The notes: a model not told the origin generated them from the letters alone. A DNA stretch of 64,000 nt from an uncultured Chloroflexia bacterium (GCA_963713975.1 OY970218.1:2496001-2560000), one strand, 5' to 3'; shown: positions 51,716 to 63,778, numbered from the stretch's first letter. Program-made: numbers and translations.

Positions 51716-52993
51716 ATGCGGATCCTCCTCTGGCACGGCTACCTGCTGGGCGGCACCGGTTCCAACGTGTACACGCGCCAGCTTGCCCGCGCGTGGATGC
51801 ATGCCGGGCACGACGTCACGGTCTTCTCACAGGACCCGGATCCCGGCGCATACGACCTGGGTGGCGCGCGTGTCGTCCGCCCCGATGTGGGGGGCCTGCT
51901 GCCGGTCTTCGTGCTCGATCGCTACGACGGTTACGAGGTCAAGCTGCTCGGGGACTGCAGCGAGGACGAGCTGGGAAGATGGGTGGAGGCGAATGCCGCG
52001 GCCGTGCGGGCGCATCTCCCGGCCGACCTCGTCTTCGCCAATCACGTCCTGCTGGGCGGCCCCGTGGGGATGGCGAGCGGCGCCCGCTTCGCGGTGAAGG
52101 CCCACGGCTCCGAGCTCGAGTACGCGATGCGGGGCGACGCGCGGCTGGCGGCCTGGGGAGCACAGTGCCTGCGGGAGGCCGCCGCGACGTTCGTCGGCTC
52201 CGCCCACACTCGCGGCGTGCTCGAGGACGTGTGTGGTCATGTCGATGGCGTGCACGAGGTCCCGCCCGGTGTCGATGTCGATTCCTGGCGACCGGAGGCC
52301 CGGTCTGTTGCGCTCGAGGCCCTCATCGCGGAGGCACGAGCGGACCCACCGAACCCGGGCAACGCGGAGGAGCGGCTGCCCGACGAGGGGAACGCCGAGC
52401 GACTGGCGCGGTTCCTGGCCGGCGACCGGCCGACGGTCGTGTACTTCGGGAAGCTGATGCGCAACAAGGGCGTGCACCTGCTCCTCGAGGCGCTCCGGGG
52501 TGGGGCTGTGAAGGGCGTCGACGCGCGTGCCGGGGTCGATGCGCGTGCTGTCGTCGTCGGGTTCGGGGAGGATCGCGCGGAGCTGGAGGCGATCGCCGGC
52601 CCCGATGTCCTGTTCACGGGGCCGCTGGAGCACCGGCACCTCGTGCACCTGCTCGCGCTGGCCGATGCGTGCGTCGTGCCGTCGATCTTCCCCGAGGCCT
52701 TCGGGATGGTCGCCGCCGAGGCTGCCGCGGCCGGCTGCCCGCCGCTCGTCGCGCGTCACTCGGGACTGGCCGAGATCGCCGATGGACTGGAGGCGGCGTA
52801 CCCGCTGGCACTGCGCCACCTGGCGGGCTTCACCACGGGCGATGTGGCGGATTTGCGCGCGAAGCTCGACGAGCTGTTGGGCCTCGGTCCGGACGATCGG
52901 GAGGCGATCCGCGAGGCGGCACGCCGGGCCGTGCTGGAACGCTGGAGCTGGACCGGCGTCGCCCGGCGCCTGCTGGAACCGCTTGGCGGCTGA
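51716..52993 (+). CDS. GT4 glycosyltransferase
   Basis: MRILLWHGYLLGGTGSNVY, YFGKLMRNKG, PSIFPEAFGMVAAEA. Confidence 0.9.
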   Translation: MRILLWHGYLLGGTGSNVYTRQLARAWMHAGHDVTVFSQDPDPGAYDLGGARVVRPDVGGLLPVFVLDRYDGYEVKLLGDCSEDELGRWVEANAAAVRAHLPADLVFANHVLLGGPVGMASGARFAVKAHGSELEYAMRGDARLAAWGAQCLREAAATFVGSAHTRGVLEDVCGHVDGVHEVPPGVDVDSWRPEARSVALEALIAEARADPPNPGNAEERLPDEGNAERLARFLAGDRPTVVYFGKLMRNKGVHLLLEALRGGAVKGVDARAGVDARAVVVGFGEDRAELEAIAGPDVLFTGPLEHRHLVHLLALADACVVPSIFPEAFGMVAAEAAAAGCPPLVARHSGLAEIADGLEAAYPLALRHLAGFTTGDVADLRAKLDELLGLGPDDREAIREAARRAVLERWSWTGVARRLLEPLGG

Positions 52994-53083
52994 TCCGGGG
53001 TACCGCAGCGGGGCGGGGCGGATCCCGTGCCCGCGGCGGCGGGCGACCTTGCGCCACCGGCCAGCCTTGCGCCGCCGGGCGAC

Positions 53084-53216
53084 CAAACGGTCGGGCGCCG
53101 TACGGTTTGCGCCGCCCACTGGCACATCCGTGGGGTGGAGGTGCCCTGCCAGACGACAGACGTGCCGCCAGGCGACTCAAACGCAGGTGGACCCGACGGT
53201 ACAACCGCTGGGCGGC
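53084..53216 (+). repeat. Dispersed ~140-bp palindromic intergenic repeat, copy C (more diverged)
   Basis: AACGGTCGGG...GTTTGCGCCGC...GGCAC / GTGCC...ACCCGACGGTACAACCG. Confidence 0.6.
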
Positions 53217-53358
53217 ACGCCGGGCGATGGGCGGCACGCGGGGCGCTGAGCGGCACAACGGCGGGGGCGGTGGGGCGGCGCGGCCCGGCATTGGTTGCCG
53301 TAGGCAAGCAATCGGCCTAGGCTGGGCCCAGGGCACGGACGCCCGGGGAGGCAGCGCC

Positions 53359-54072
<714 letters not shown>

Positions 54073-54082
54073 GGCTGGTCCG

Positions 54083-56446
54083 GTGAGACTGCTCCGGCGC
54101 TCGCTCCGGCGTGACCTGCGCGCGCGGTGGGCCCAGTTCACCGCCGTGGGCGTCACGATCGTCCTCGGCGTCGGGCTGTTCGGCGCCTCGTTCGATGCGT
54201 TCCAGAACCTGACGGCCTCCTACCAGAAGATGTACCAGGAGCTGGCGTTCGCCGACCTAGTGGCGGCCGGCGGGCCCGTGGAGGATGTGGCCGCTGCCGG
54301 GAGCGCGGTTCCGGGCGTGGACGCCACGACGGTCCGGGCCGTGGGCGAGGTCCCGGTCAGGATCGGCGAGCACGACCAGCTCGCCCGGATCATCGGCCTG
54401 CCCGCGGACGGGAAGCCCGCGGTGGACGGCGTCCTCGTCCTGCGCGGCGCGAACCTCGATCCCAGCAGGGAGGACCAGGTGCTCGTGGAGCAGCACATGG
54501 CCGGCGCCCGGAACCTCGAGCCCGGCGACACGCTGGAGGTCATGGCCGCCGATGGCTGGCGAACGGTCGAGGTCGCTGGCATCGTCGCGTCGCCCGAGTA
54601 CCTGTGGCCGGCGCGCAGCCGCCAGGAGGTGCTGACCCCGTTCGACCAGTGGGGCGTCCTGTTCGGCCCGGGCGCGCTTGTGGAGGCGCTGCCTCCCGCC
54701 GCGATCCAGCGCGAGGCCCTGTTCCTGCTGGCGCCGGATGGCCCCGACGGTGCGCTCGGCACACTCGAGGCGGCCATCCTGGGCGCAGGTGCGGTGTCCA
54801 CGGAGACCCAGGATCAGCAGCCCTCGAGCGCCACGCTGCAGGAGGACGTGAACGGGTTCGGCGAGCTCTCGATCGCATTCCCCGCGATGTTCCTGCTGGC
54901 GGGCGCCCTCGCGCTGTCGGTGCTCCTGGGCCGGATCGTGGCGAGCCAGCGGGCGCAGATCGGCATGCTGCTCGCGAGCGGATTCTCCCGTCGCTCGATC
55001 CTGCGCCACTACCTGGCGTTCGGGCTCATCGTCGGGCTGGTGGGGTCCGTGCTGGGTGTCATCCTGGGCGCCCTGGCCGCCGCCACGATCTCGCGGCTCT
55101 ACACCGCCACGATCTCGGTGCCGATCACCGTGATCGAGGTGCGCCCGCTGACGATCCTGGTGGGCCTGGCCATGGGCACGGTCGCCGGAGCGGCCGCGGC
55201 CTACCTGCCGGCACGCCGCGCGTCCCGCACGTCACCGGCGGAGGCAATGCGCGGCGAGTTGCCCGCCGGACACGGCTCCATCAGCCTGGTCGAGCGCCTT
55301 CTCCCGCCGGTTCGCCGGCTGCCGACGCGCTGGCTCGTGTCGCTGCGGGGCCTGGGCCGCAGCCCGCGCCGGACGGTCTCGACGATCCTCGGGATCGCCA
55401 TCGCCACCATGCTGGTCCTCGTGTCGTGGGGGATGATCGATACCGTCCAGGTGCTGCTCGACCGCCAGTTCGGCCTGGTCCAGCGGCAGGATGCCGCGGT
55501 GCTCCTTGTCGCGCCCATGCCCGCCGGGGAGGTGGGGTCCGCGCTCGGGGTTGACGGTGTCGCGGCCGCGGAGCCGGAGCTCGACGCGCAGGGCGCCATC
55601 GTGCACGGGGACGCCCGGTACGCGACCACGATCGTCGGCCTGCGCCCGGACACGACGATGCATGGCTTCATCGCGCCCGACGGGTCCACGCTCGCCCTCC
55701 CGGCGCGGGGCCTGCTCCTCGGTGCCGCCCTGCGGGACCGCCTCGACGTGGGCGTCGGCGACGACGTGGACGTCGACCTGGGTGGCGGGAACGTGACGAG
55801 CCTGCCGGTGGCCGGGTTCGTGGACGAGCCCTTCGGCACGTACGCCTACGCCTCGCTGGATACCGTGGCGGGATTGACCGGCCGGGCCGCCGGTGATCCG
55901 CTCGTGAGCTCCGCGCTCGTCCGGTACGGCGCCGGGGCCGATCCGACGGCGGTCGCGGACCGGCTGAGCGCGCTGCCGACGGTGGCCGCCGTCGTCGCGA
56001 GCCGCGGCCTGTACGACCTCGCCCAGCAGTTCATGGGCCTGTTCTACGTGTTCATCGGGGTGATGCTGGTGTTTGGCGCGGTGATGGCGTTCGCGCTCAT
56101 CTTCAACACCATGACCGCCAACATCGCGGAACGGGCGACCGAGCTCGCGGCCCTGCGGGCGCTGGGGATGGCGAGCGGCACCGTGTCCCGCCTCGTGACC
56201 GCCGAGAACCTCCTCCTGACGATCCTGGGCCTCGTGCCGGGGCTGGTCGGGGGCTACCTGCTGGCCGCCGTGTTCATGGCCAGCTTCTCCAGCGACCTGT
56301 TCAGCTTCGACCTGCACGTGCGCCCCACGACGTTCCTCGTCACGGCACTCTCGATCCTCCTGGTGGCCGTGATCTCGCAGGTCCCGGCCCTGCGGAGCGT
56401 GGGTCGCATGGACCTTGGCCGGATCGTGCGCGAGGGGGCGACCTAA
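54083..56446 (+). CDS. FtsX/MacB-type ABC permease (two permease modules)
   Basis: Two repeats of TM + large extracytoplasmic domain + 3 TM; QRAQIGML and ERATELAALRALG motifs. Confidence 0.88.
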   Translation: MRLLRRSLRRDLRARWAQFTAVGVTIVLGVGLFGASFDAFQNLTASYQKMYQELAFADLVAAGGPVEDVAAAGSAVPGVDATTVRAVGEVPVRIGEHDQLARIIGLPADGKPAVDGVLVLRGANLDPSREDQVLVEQHMAGARNLEPGDTLEVMAADGWRTVEVAGIVASPEYLWPARSRQEVLTPFDQWGVLFGPGALVEALPPAAIQREALFLLAPDGPDGALGTLEAAILGAGAVSTETQDQQPSSATLQEDVNGFGELSIAFPAMFLLAGALALSVLLGRIVASQRAQIGMLLASGFSRRSILRHYLAFGLIVGLVGSVLGVILGALAAATISRLYTATISVPITVIEVRPLTILVGLAMGTVAGAAAAYLPARRASRTSPAEAMRGELPAGHGSISLVERLLPPVRRLPTRWLVSLRGLGRSPRRTVSTILGIAIATMLVLVSWGMIDTVQVLLDRQFGLVQRQDAAVLLVAPMPAGEVGSALGVDGVAAAEPELDAQGAIVHGDARYATTIVGLRPDTTMHGFIAPDGSTLALPARGLLLGAALRDRLDVGVGDDVDVDLGGGNVTSLPVAGFVDEPFGTYAYASLDTVAGLTGRAAGDPLVSSALVRYGAGADPTAVADRLSALPTVAAVVASRGLYDLAQQFMGLFYVFIGVMLVFGAVMAFALIFNTMTANIAERATELAALRALGMASGTVSRLVTAENLLLTILGLVPGLVGGYLLAAVFMASFSSDLFSFDLHVRPTTFLVTALSILLVAVISQVPALRSVGRMDLGRIVREGAT

Positions 56447-56538
56447 GCGGGCGTGCCGCGGGCGTGCCGCGGGCGTGCGACGGCCCCGGGCCGATGCCCA
56501 CCTCGCCCGTACCGCATCGCCGGGCCCGTGCCGCTGGG

Positions 56539-56675
56539 CGGTTGTACGGTCGGGTCCAGCCCCGTTTGCGCCGCTCAGCGGCACGCCTGTCGGGTGGCGG
56601 GGACGGTCCGCCCCATGGATGTGGCGCTCAACGGCTCAGAGCACAGCGCCCCCGACGGTTGAACCGGTGGGCGGC
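56539..56675 (+). repeat. Dispersed ~140-bp palindromic intergenic repeat, copy D
   Basis: GGTTGTACGGTCGGG...CGTTTGCGCCGCT...GTCGGGTG...CCCGACGGTTGAACCG. Confidence 0.7.
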
Positions 56676-56696
56676 GCAGCAGGGGCGGGCGGCGCA

Positions 56697-58949
56697 TCAC
56701 CTCCGCGTGGCGTCGCACCAGGCGTCGAGCGCGCGCGCCGCCGCGTCCGCCGTTGCCAGGACCGGGATCCCGGCCGCTGCCAGCCGATCCCGGAACGGGT
56801 CGTACAGCGAGCCGGCATCGACCACGCACACCCAGGGCTTGTCGGTCTCGCGCCACAGCTGTGCGAGCGTCGAGGCGATCGCGCCCGGGCGGTCCAGGTC
56901 CTCGTCGTGCAGCTGGCCGGGCTCCAGGGTCTCGATCGTGTCCGTCATCGGCACGATGCCCACGATCCCGACATCGATCTCGTCGGCCTCGAGGATCACG
57001 CGCCCGACATCCGCGGTGATCGTGGCGTTGGCGATGGGCGTCAGGTCCAGCGGGTTGTGGACATCCACCACGGACACGATCCCGGCCGGCTCCAGGATCG
57101 CCAGGAGCCGTGCCTCCGTCGGGGCGGCGAACGGGACCAGATCCAGCGAGCCCGCGTGGTCAGCGATCGTGACGCACTCCGAGCCCGCGTTGCTGGTCGC
57201 CCCCAGGCGGCGGCCCCTGGCGGGCCTGGCGTCGAGCATCGTGAACACCCGGAGCAGGTCGTCGAAGGCGGCGGGCGTGTCGGCGATCGTGACCCCGGCG
57301 GCCCGGGCCAGCTCCCGGGTGACCGTCGCGTCGCCCGCGATGGCCGCCGTGTGGCTGGCCGACGCGCTGGTCCCGGCTGCCGTCCGACCGGCGCGGTAGA
57401 GGATCACCCTCCGGCCCGACGCGGTGATGCGCGCGGCGGCCTCGAGGAACCGCAGGCCGTCCAGGCGGGCGAACCCCTCCACGTAGACCCCGAACACGCG
57501 GACCCCCGGGTCGTCCGCCAGGTGGGTCAGGAAGTCGCCCGCGGTCAGGTCCATCTGGTTGCCGATGGTGATCACGTAGCGCGGGTCGAGCGGGGCCATC
57601 CGGGCCAGGCGGGTGATCGCGAATGCGCCGCTGCCGGTGATCAGCGCGACGGGCGCGGGCCGGGAGCCGGGGGGCAGCTTGATCCGCGGGATGAACAGGG
57701 TGTCGTAGCGACCGGGTCGCGACCGGATGCCGAGGCAGTTGCCGCCGCTGATGACCGGACCGCCCGAGCCCCTGCCCCTGGCATCGGCGAGCGCCGAGCG
57801 CATCCTCGCCGCCAGGACGCCTCCGCCCTCCGTCTCCTCGAGTCCGCCCGGGATCACGATCATCGACTCCGTCAGGTCACGCTCCACGACCTCCGCGACG
57901 AAGGCCGGGGTGGCGGCAGCCGGCAGCACGATCACGAACAGGTCGACCTTGGCCGGCAGCGACGCGAGGTCGGGCACGCATCGGACGCCGTCGATGCTGT
58001 CGGCGCCGGGCTTGACGACGACGACGTTGCCGGGCGCGAAACCGTCCCGCAGGATGTTGCCCAGGATGACCCGCCCCGGGTTCGAGCCGGACGAGACGCC
58101 GACGATGGCGATCGACCGTGGGGCCAGGAGCCTGGCGACCTTGTGCAGCGGGCGTGGTGCCCTGGCCGGGCGCGGTCCGTCGCCCAGGGTGACGAGGATG
58201 TCCAGCGCGACGACCCCGCCAGGGGTGACCGCCGCCGGGTTGATCTCGATCTCGAGCAGGTCGTCCGGCGCCAGCACGGCGAGGGACAGCAGACGGGTCA
58301 CGACGTCGACCAGCGCCTCGACCCGCAGGTGCGGCGCCTGACCCCGGACGGAGGTCGTGGCCAGCCGGACCGCCGTCGAGCCCGCGAGCGCGGTCGCGAT
58401 ACCCACGGGTGGCGTCAGGGCAGGGGAGACGATGGCGATCTCACGTCCGGGCAGGAGATCGGCCGCGAGCGCCTCGGTGAGGATCCCGCCCGCACCGACC
58501 GCCACGATCGGCCCCATGTCGTCCGTCCAGCGCAGCGCGAGCAGCAGCTCGCCACCGGGACCCGCGTCGTGCTCGACGAACTCGGCCACGATGAAGCCAT
58601 CGGGTGCGTCGTCCAGCCTGGAGCGCATCGCCGCCATCGCCGCGCGGACGGCCGCCGGATCGCGCGCCACCACGGCCACGCCGCCGACCTCGGTCTTGTG
58701 CTGGATGCCACCGGCCACGACCTTGACCACGACGCGATCCCCGGGCAGACCCGCCAGCAGGGCGTCGTCGACGGCCGCCTCGTCCGCCACGAGGTGCCAG
58801 CGCGGCACGCTGATCCCGGCCGCCGCGAGCAGCGCGAGGCCCTCGGGCTCGAGGAGGGTGGCCCTGCCGTCGGCCCTGGCTCCGGCGACGATCGCCCGGG
58901 CGGCGGCGAGGTCCGCGGCGGGCGGGGTAGGGGACTCCAGCGGGGTCAT
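56697..58949 (-). CDS. ADP-forming acyl-CoA synthetase (ATP-grasp domain first, then CoA-binding/ligase domains)
   Basis: HKTEVGGV, EIEINP, PRSIAIVGVS, GGNCLG, SHTAAIAG (phospho-His), SNAG, NPLDL. Confidence 0.88.
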   Translation of the reverse strand: MTPLESPTPPAADLAAARAIVAGARADGRATLLEPEGLALLAAAGISVPRWHLVADEAAVDDALLAGLPGDRVVVKVVAGGIQHKTEVGGVAVVARDPAAVRAAMAAMRSRLDDAPDGFIVAEFVEHDAGPGGELLLALRWTDDMGPIVAVGAGGILTEALAADLLPGREIAIVSPALTPPVGIATALAGSTAVRLATTSVRGQAPHLRVEALVDVVTRLLSLAVLAPDDLLEIEINPAAVTPGGVVALDILVTLGDGPRPARAPRPLHKVARLLAPRSIAIVGVSSGSNPGRVILGNILRDGFAPGNVVVVKPGADSIDGVRCVPDLASLPAKVDLFVIVLPAAATPAFVAEVVERDLTESMIVIPGGLEETEGGGVLAARMRSALADARGRGSGGPVISGGNCLGIRSRPGRYDTLFIPRIKLPPGSRPAPVALITGSGAFAITRLARMAPLDPRYVITIGNQMDLTAGDFLTHLADDPGVRVFGVYVEGFARLDGLRFLEAAARITASGRRVILYRAGRTAAGTSASASHTAAIAGDATVTRELARAAGVTIADTPAAFDDLLRVFTMLDARPARGRRLGATSNAGSECVTIADHAGSLDLVPFAAPTEARLLAILEPAGIVSVVDVHNPLDLTPIANATITADVGRVILEADEIDVGIVGIVPMTDTIETLEPGQLHDEDLDRPGAIASTLAQLWRETDKPWVCVVDAGSLYDPFRDRLAAAGIPVLATADAAARALDAWCDATRR

Positions 58950-59256
58950 GGGGACAGGGTGCGCCGGGTGGGCACCGGCTTGCAAGGCGGACGTGAGGCG
59001 GTGGGCCCGACAGCGGTCCCGGACGGCGCGATCTGCGGATCGCTGATAGGGTGCCGCCCGCAACGTCATCGACAGGGGTTTACAGCTTCATAGCGCCGCC
59101 GCGGCGGGTTTCCTGCCGAGCGGTCGACACCTCGTCGATCGTCGTTCGCGCGCTCCCCCTGTCCTGTGTCACGGGTGAGCCCCCTCCCTCTGCGCCGTGC
59201 GGCGCCGTCCCTTCGTCATGGCGGTCGCCCGCCGTGCTCGGACAGAGAGGAGCCCA

Positions 59257-59847
59257 TTGGGGGTCACCAACGGCCTTCGGGTCATCAGCCTCGCAACCAT
59301 CGTCACGCTCGCGTCCGTCTCCGTGCAGGCCGCGCCCGTCTCGGCAGCGGATCCCGATCCGACGCCGACGGCCGATCCGGCACCGACCGCCGACCCGGCG
59401 CCATCCCCGGACCCCACGCCGGACCCCGCACTCGCCCCCCAGGTCATCGCCCCCGTCGTCGTCGTGCGACCTGACTACCGGGCCCGTGTCGTCCGGGTCG
59501 CAAAGGCGCAGCTTCGCGATCGCTACCGGCGCGGCGCAATCGGCCCCAGGGCGTTCGACTGCTCCGGCCTCGTCCACTTCTCGTACACGCGTGCGGGCGT
59601 GGGCCGGCGGATCGGCGGCGGACACTCGGCGCGCGGCATGCTCCGCTGGGGTCGCCTCCACGGCCGGACGAGCCGCCGCAACCCGCGTATCGGGGATGTC
59701 GTGATCTATGGCAACGGTTCGCACGCGGCGATCTACATCGGGAACGGCCGGGTGGTCAGCGCCCTCAATCCGCGGCAGGGGATCCGGATCACCCGGCTCC
59801 ATGCCCTTGGCGCGCCGTTCACGACCTTCATCCACACCGGCATCTAG
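59257..59847 (+). CDS. NlpC/P60 (C40) cell-wall peptidase, secreted
   Basis: GAGGAG RBS + TTG start, signal peptide, PT/PD linker, FDCSGLV, SHAAIYIG. Confidence 0.88.
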   Translation: MGVTNGLRVISLATIVTLASVSVQAAPVSAADPDPTPTADPAPTADPAPSPDPTPDPALAPQVIAPVVVVRPDYRARVVRVAKAQLRDRYRRGAIGPRAFDCSGLVHFSYTRAGVGRRIGGGHSARGMLRWGRLHGRTSRRNPRIGDVVIYGNGSHAAIYIGNGRVVSALNPRQGIRITRLHALGAPFTTFIHTGI

Positions 59848-59983
59848 CGTCCCGACCGCAGGTCGTTCGCGGGTTGAACAGAGCCTGCGCCCGTGTATCA
59901 CGGCTGGTGACGGGGCACGCCGGCTCACGAGAAGGTCCGGAGGCCGTGAAGCCGAACCCGCCGGCCGCCCGTATGCTTCCGTC

Positions 59984-60862
59984 ATGCCCGGACTCGACGG
60001 CCCCACCGCGCTCGCCCGACCCATCGTCGCCGACGGTGCGATGGGAACCGCCCTGTTTGCCGCGGGCATGCCCGTCGGGGAGGCGCCCGAGGCGTGGCTG
60101 CTCACCGAAGCCGGGGCCGCCGCGATCACCGAGGTCCATCGCGGTCACGTTCGGACCGGCGCACGGATCGTCCTCACCTCGAGCTTTGGGGCGAACCCGC
60201 TGCGCCTCGCCGGGTCGGCCCTCGAGGGACACAGCGCCGAGGTCTGCCGGGCGGCGGTCGCGGCCGCGCGGTCTGCGGCGGGCCCGGGCGTGATCGTCGC
60301 CGGGAGCCTGGGGCCGACGGGGGGCGTGCTGGCGCCGTACGGGGACCTGGACGAGGACGCCGTCCGCGCGGCCTACGCGGAGGAGGCCTCGTCGCTCGTG
60401 GCGGCGGGCGTGGATCTCCTCTGGGTGGAGACCATGATGGACCTGCGCGAGGCCGTCGCGGCCGTGGACGGTGCCCGTGAAGCTGCGCCCGGTGTCCCGG
60501 TGATCGCGACGCTGGTGTTCAAGCGTGGCCGCACGATGTTCGGTGACACGCCGTCCGGCGCCGCCACGACGCTTGCGGAGCACGGGGTCGCAGGCGTCGG
60601 CGCCAACTGCGGGGATGGGTTCGCGTCGGTCGAGGAGGTCATCTCCGCGCTCGTGGCCGCGGCGCCCGGCCTGCACATCATCGCCAAGGCCAACGCGGGA
60701 GCGCCGCGACGCGAGCCGGACGGTCGGACCGTCTACCCGGGAACGCCCGAGGAGGCTGCGGGCTATGCGCGCCGGGCGGCCGATGCCGGGGCGACGATCA
60801 TCGGCGGGTGCTGCGGCACCACCGCGGACCACGTGGCGGCCATCGCCGCTGCGCTCGCGTAG
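59984..60862 (+). CDS. Homocysteine S-methyltransferase family protein (stand-alone MetH N-terminal domain)
   Basis: DGAMGT, GSLGPTG, VETM, GANC, ANAG, IGGCCGT. Confidence 0.9.
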   Translation: MPGLDGPTALARPIVADGAMGTALFAAGMPVGEAPEAWLLTEAGAAAITEVHRGHVRTGARIVLTSSFGANPLRLAGSALEGHSAEVCRAAVAAARSAAGPGVIVAGSLGPTGGVLAPYGDLDEDAVRAAYAEEASSLVAAGVDLLWVETMMDLREAVAAVDGAREAAPGVPVIATLVFKRGRTMFGDTPSGAATTLAEHGVAGVGANCGDGFASVEEVISALVAAAPGLHIIAKANAGAPRREPDGRTVYPGTPEEAAGYARRAADAGATIIGGCCGTTADHVAAIAAALA

Positions 60863-61005
60863 GCGGACACGACAGGGAACCTCCGCCCCGCGGACCAGTG
60901 ACAACGGCTGCGCCGTGCGGGAGCAACGGCACTCCCACGACGGCCGACGGTGGCGAGACCATGGCTGCCGACTCGCCAGCCATACGCATCCATCCCGGAG
61001 GAATC

Positions 61006-61485
61006 GTGCCCACCATCAGCCAGGCCACGGAGGACTTCCTGGCCCAGCGCCGCATTGCCGTCGTCGGCGTCTCGCGCGAGCCCGGAGGCAAGCACGGCGG
61101 CAACATCGTCTACCAGCGTCTCAAGGATCGCGGCTACGAGGTGTTTGCGGTCAACCCGAATGCCGACACCGTCGAGGGCGACCCCTGCTTCCACGATCTC
61201 GCGTCGATCCCCGGTGGCGTCGATGCGGTGGTGATCGCCACGACGCCGGATGTCACGCCGTCGGTCGCCCGCGAGTGCCAGGAGCTCGGGATCACGCGGG
61301 TCTGGATGCACCGGTCGTTCAGCGGCGGCAGCGTGTCCGCCGAGGCACACGAGTTCTGCCGCGCGAACGGCATCGCCTCGATCGCCGGAGGCTGCCCGCT
61401 CATGTACGGACCGACGTCGGACGGCGGTCACCGCTTCATGCGCTCCATGCTGGGCCTGTTCGGGAGGCTGCCCAAGGAGGCGTGA
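61006..61485 (+). CDS. CoA-binding domain protein
   Basis: IAVVGVSR, VFAVNP, VWMHRSF, GGCPLM; GGAGG RBS. Confidence 0.85.
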   Translation: MPTISQATEDFLAQRRIAVVGVSREPGGKHGGNIVYQRLKDRGYEVFAVNPNADTVEGDPCFHDLASIPGGVDAVVIATTPDVTPSVARECQELGITRVWMHRSFSGGSVSAEAHEFCRANGIASIAGGCPLMYGPTSDGGHRFMRSMLGLFGRLPKEA

Positions 61486-61559
61486 CCACGGCCGGGCCGG
61501 CACCGCCGGACGGTCAGGCACCCGATGGTCGCCGCGGCCACAGGCCGCATACTCCCTGC

Positions 61560-63002
61560 ATGCGGATCCTTGTGGTGGGCGCCAGTGGGTACATCGGCGG
61601 TCGCCTCGCCGGGCTCCTTCTCGCCCGGGGTGAGGACGTCGTCCTCACCAGCAGGGACGCCCGGCCGCTCGAGGCCCGGTTCCCCGACGCGCGCGTCGTC
61701 GCGGCGGACCTGCTCGCTCCGGCCACGCTGGCAGCGGTGCTCGACGGCGTCGATGTCGCCTACTACCTGGCGCACTCAATGGGTGCGGGCGAGCGCGGCT
61801 TCCGTGAGCGGGACCGGACGGCCGCAGGAAACTTCGCCGCCGCGGCGGCGCGGGCGGGGGTGGCACGGATCGTCTACCTCGGGGGGCTCGGTGACGATGA
61901 CGCCGACCTCTCCCACCATCTCGCCAGCCGTCACGAGACCGGTGCCGAGCTGGCGGCACACGGCGTCCCGGTCACCGAGTTCCGGGCCGCGGTCATCATC
62001 GGGTCGGGGAGCGCCTCGTTCGAGATCCTGCGCCACCTCACGGAGCGCCTGCCGGTCATGATCACGCCGCGCTGGGTTGGCACCCGCTGTCAGCCGATCG
62101 GGATCCGTGACGTCCTGGACTACCTGGTCGGCGCGCTCGACCATCCGGAGATCGATGGAGTCGTCGAGATCGGGGGGCCGGACATCCTCTCGTACGGCGA
62201 CATGATGCAGGCCTACGCTCGTCTCCGGGGACTGCGCCGACTCATGATCCCGGTCCCGGTCCTGACGCCGCGCCTCAGCTCGTACTGGGTGAATTTCGTT
62301 TCTCCGGTGCCGGCCTCGATCGCCCGACCGCTCATTGAAGGCCTGCGCAACGAGGTGGTCGTGCGGGATCCCGGCCCCGCGGCTGCCTTTGGCCTCCAGC
62401 CGCTCACCTTGGACGAAGCGCTCGGGCGCGCGATCGACCGCACAGACCGCCACGACGTGGAGTCGACGTGGTTCGACGCCCTGGTCGCACCCGGCAAGGC
62501 CAGTCTCGCCTCGGTGACATCGCTCGAGGGGATGATCGTGGAGCGTCGGGCGCGGAGCGTCGCAACCTCGCCGGAGCAGGTATTCGGCGAGATCGAATCC
62601 CTGGGTGGCGATGCCGGCTGGCCGTACGCGAACGCCCTGTGGCGCATTCGCGGGCTGGCGGACCAGCTGGTCGGTGGCGTGGGCATGCGCCTCGGCCGGC
62701 GCGACCCCGACCACCTGCGGGTGGGCGACGCGGTGGACTTCTGGCGGGTGGAAGAGGTCCGGCGGCCCACCCTCCTCCGCCTGCGGGCCGAGATGAAGGT
62801 GCCCGGCCGTGCCTGGCTCCAGTACGAGGTGACCGAAACGGACACCGGCTGCCGTCTTGTCCAGACCGCCCTGTTCGAGCCGAAGGGACTCCCCGGGCTG
62901 GCATACTGGTACGCGCTCTACCCTGTCCACGGCCTCATCTTCCGTGGCTCGGTGCGCGTACTCGCCGAGCGGGCGACGCGGCGCGACAGGGAGGAACGAT
63001 GA
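61560..63002 (+). CDS. YbjT-like atypical SDR with DUF2867 C-terminal domain
   Basis: [43 protein letters not shown]. Confidence 0.88.
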   Translation: MRILVVGASGYIGGRLAGLLLARGEDVVLTSRDARPLEARFPDARVVAADLLAPATLAAVLDGVDVAYYLAHSMGAGERGFRERDRTAAGNFAAAAARAGVARIVYLGGLGDDDADLSHHLASRHETGAELAAHGVPVTEFRAAVIIGSGSASFEILRHLTERLPVMITPRWVGTRCQPIGIRDVLDYLVGALDHPEIDGVVEIGGPDILSYGDMMQAYARLRGLRRLMIPVPVLTPRLSSYWVNFVSPVPASIARPLIEGLRNEVVVRDPGPAAAFGLQPLTLDEALGRAIDRTDRHDVESTWFDALVAPGKASLASVTSLEGMIVERRARSVATSPEQVFGEIESLGGDAGWPYANALWRIRGLADQLVGGVGMRLGRRDPDHLRVGDAVDFWRVEEVRRPTLLRLRAEMKVPGRAWLQYEVTETDTGCRLVQTALFEPKGLPGLAYWYALYPVHGLIFRGSVRVLAERATRRDREER

Positions 63003-63778
63003 CCCCAGCCGAGATCCGATCGTGGTTGATCGACATGGACGGCGTGCTGGTCCACGAGGAGACCGAGATCCCCGGCGCCGGCGACTTCCTGGCGCGCCTC
63101 GCTGCGCTTGGCATGCGCTACATGGTCATGACCAACAACTCCATCTACACACCACGGGATCTCGCGGCACGCCTGCGCGCCAGCGGGCTCGACGTCCCAG
63201 CGGAGTGCATCTGGACGTCCGCCCTGGCGACCGCACGGTTCCTGCGCAAGCAGCGGCCGGGCGGATCGGCGTTCGTCATCGGTGAGTCGGGGCTCACCAC
63301 GGCCCTGCACGACGCCGGCTACACCCTGGCCGAGCGCAATCCCGACTACGTCGTCCTGGGCGAGACCCGCACCTACAGCTTCGAGCGGGTGACGCGCGCG
63401 ATCCGCCTGGTCGCCGATGGGGCCCGCTTCATCGCCACCAACCCGGACCCCAGTGGCCCGACCCCGGACGGGCCGGTGCCGGCGACGGGCGCGGTCGCCG
63501 CCCTCATCAGCCGCGCGACTGGCGTCGAGCCCTACTTCGTGGGCAAGCCGAACCCGCTGATGATCCGCAGTGCCCTCAATGCCCTCGACGGCCACTCGGA
63601 GACGGCGGCGGTGATCGGGGACCGGATGGACACCGACGTCAAGTCGGGCCTCGAGGCCGGCATGCACACGATCCTGGTGCTGACGGGGTCGACGGCCGCC
63701 GGCGACGTGGACAGGTACCCCTTCCGGCCGTCCCAGGTCGTGGACTCGATCGCGGATCTCACGGCGGATCTCCGCTAG
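62999..63778 (+). CDS. HAD-IIA family hydrolase (NagD-like)
   Basis: DMDGVL, TNNS, ATNPD, GKPNP, GDRMDTD. Confidence 0.9.
   Translation: MTPAEIRSWLIDMDGVLVHEETEIPGAGDFLARLAALGMRYMVMTNNSIYTPRDLAARLRASGLDVPAECIWTSALATARFLRKQRPGGSAFVIGESGLTTALHDAGYTLAERNPDYVVLGETRTYSFERVTRAIRLVADGARFIATNPDPSGPTPDGPVPATGAVAALISRATGVEPYFVGKPNPLMIRSALNALDGHSETAAVIGDRMDTDVKSGLEAGMHTILVLTGSTAAGDVDRYPFRPSQVVDSIADLTADLR

Noticed and set aside
59050-59256. c-di-AMP (ydaO) riboswitch in the long leader of the NlpC/P60 gene
   Set aside because: Plausible context, but the conserved GCCGAATCC and CCCGNCAGCTAAC elements are not visible; an Rfam scan would settle it.
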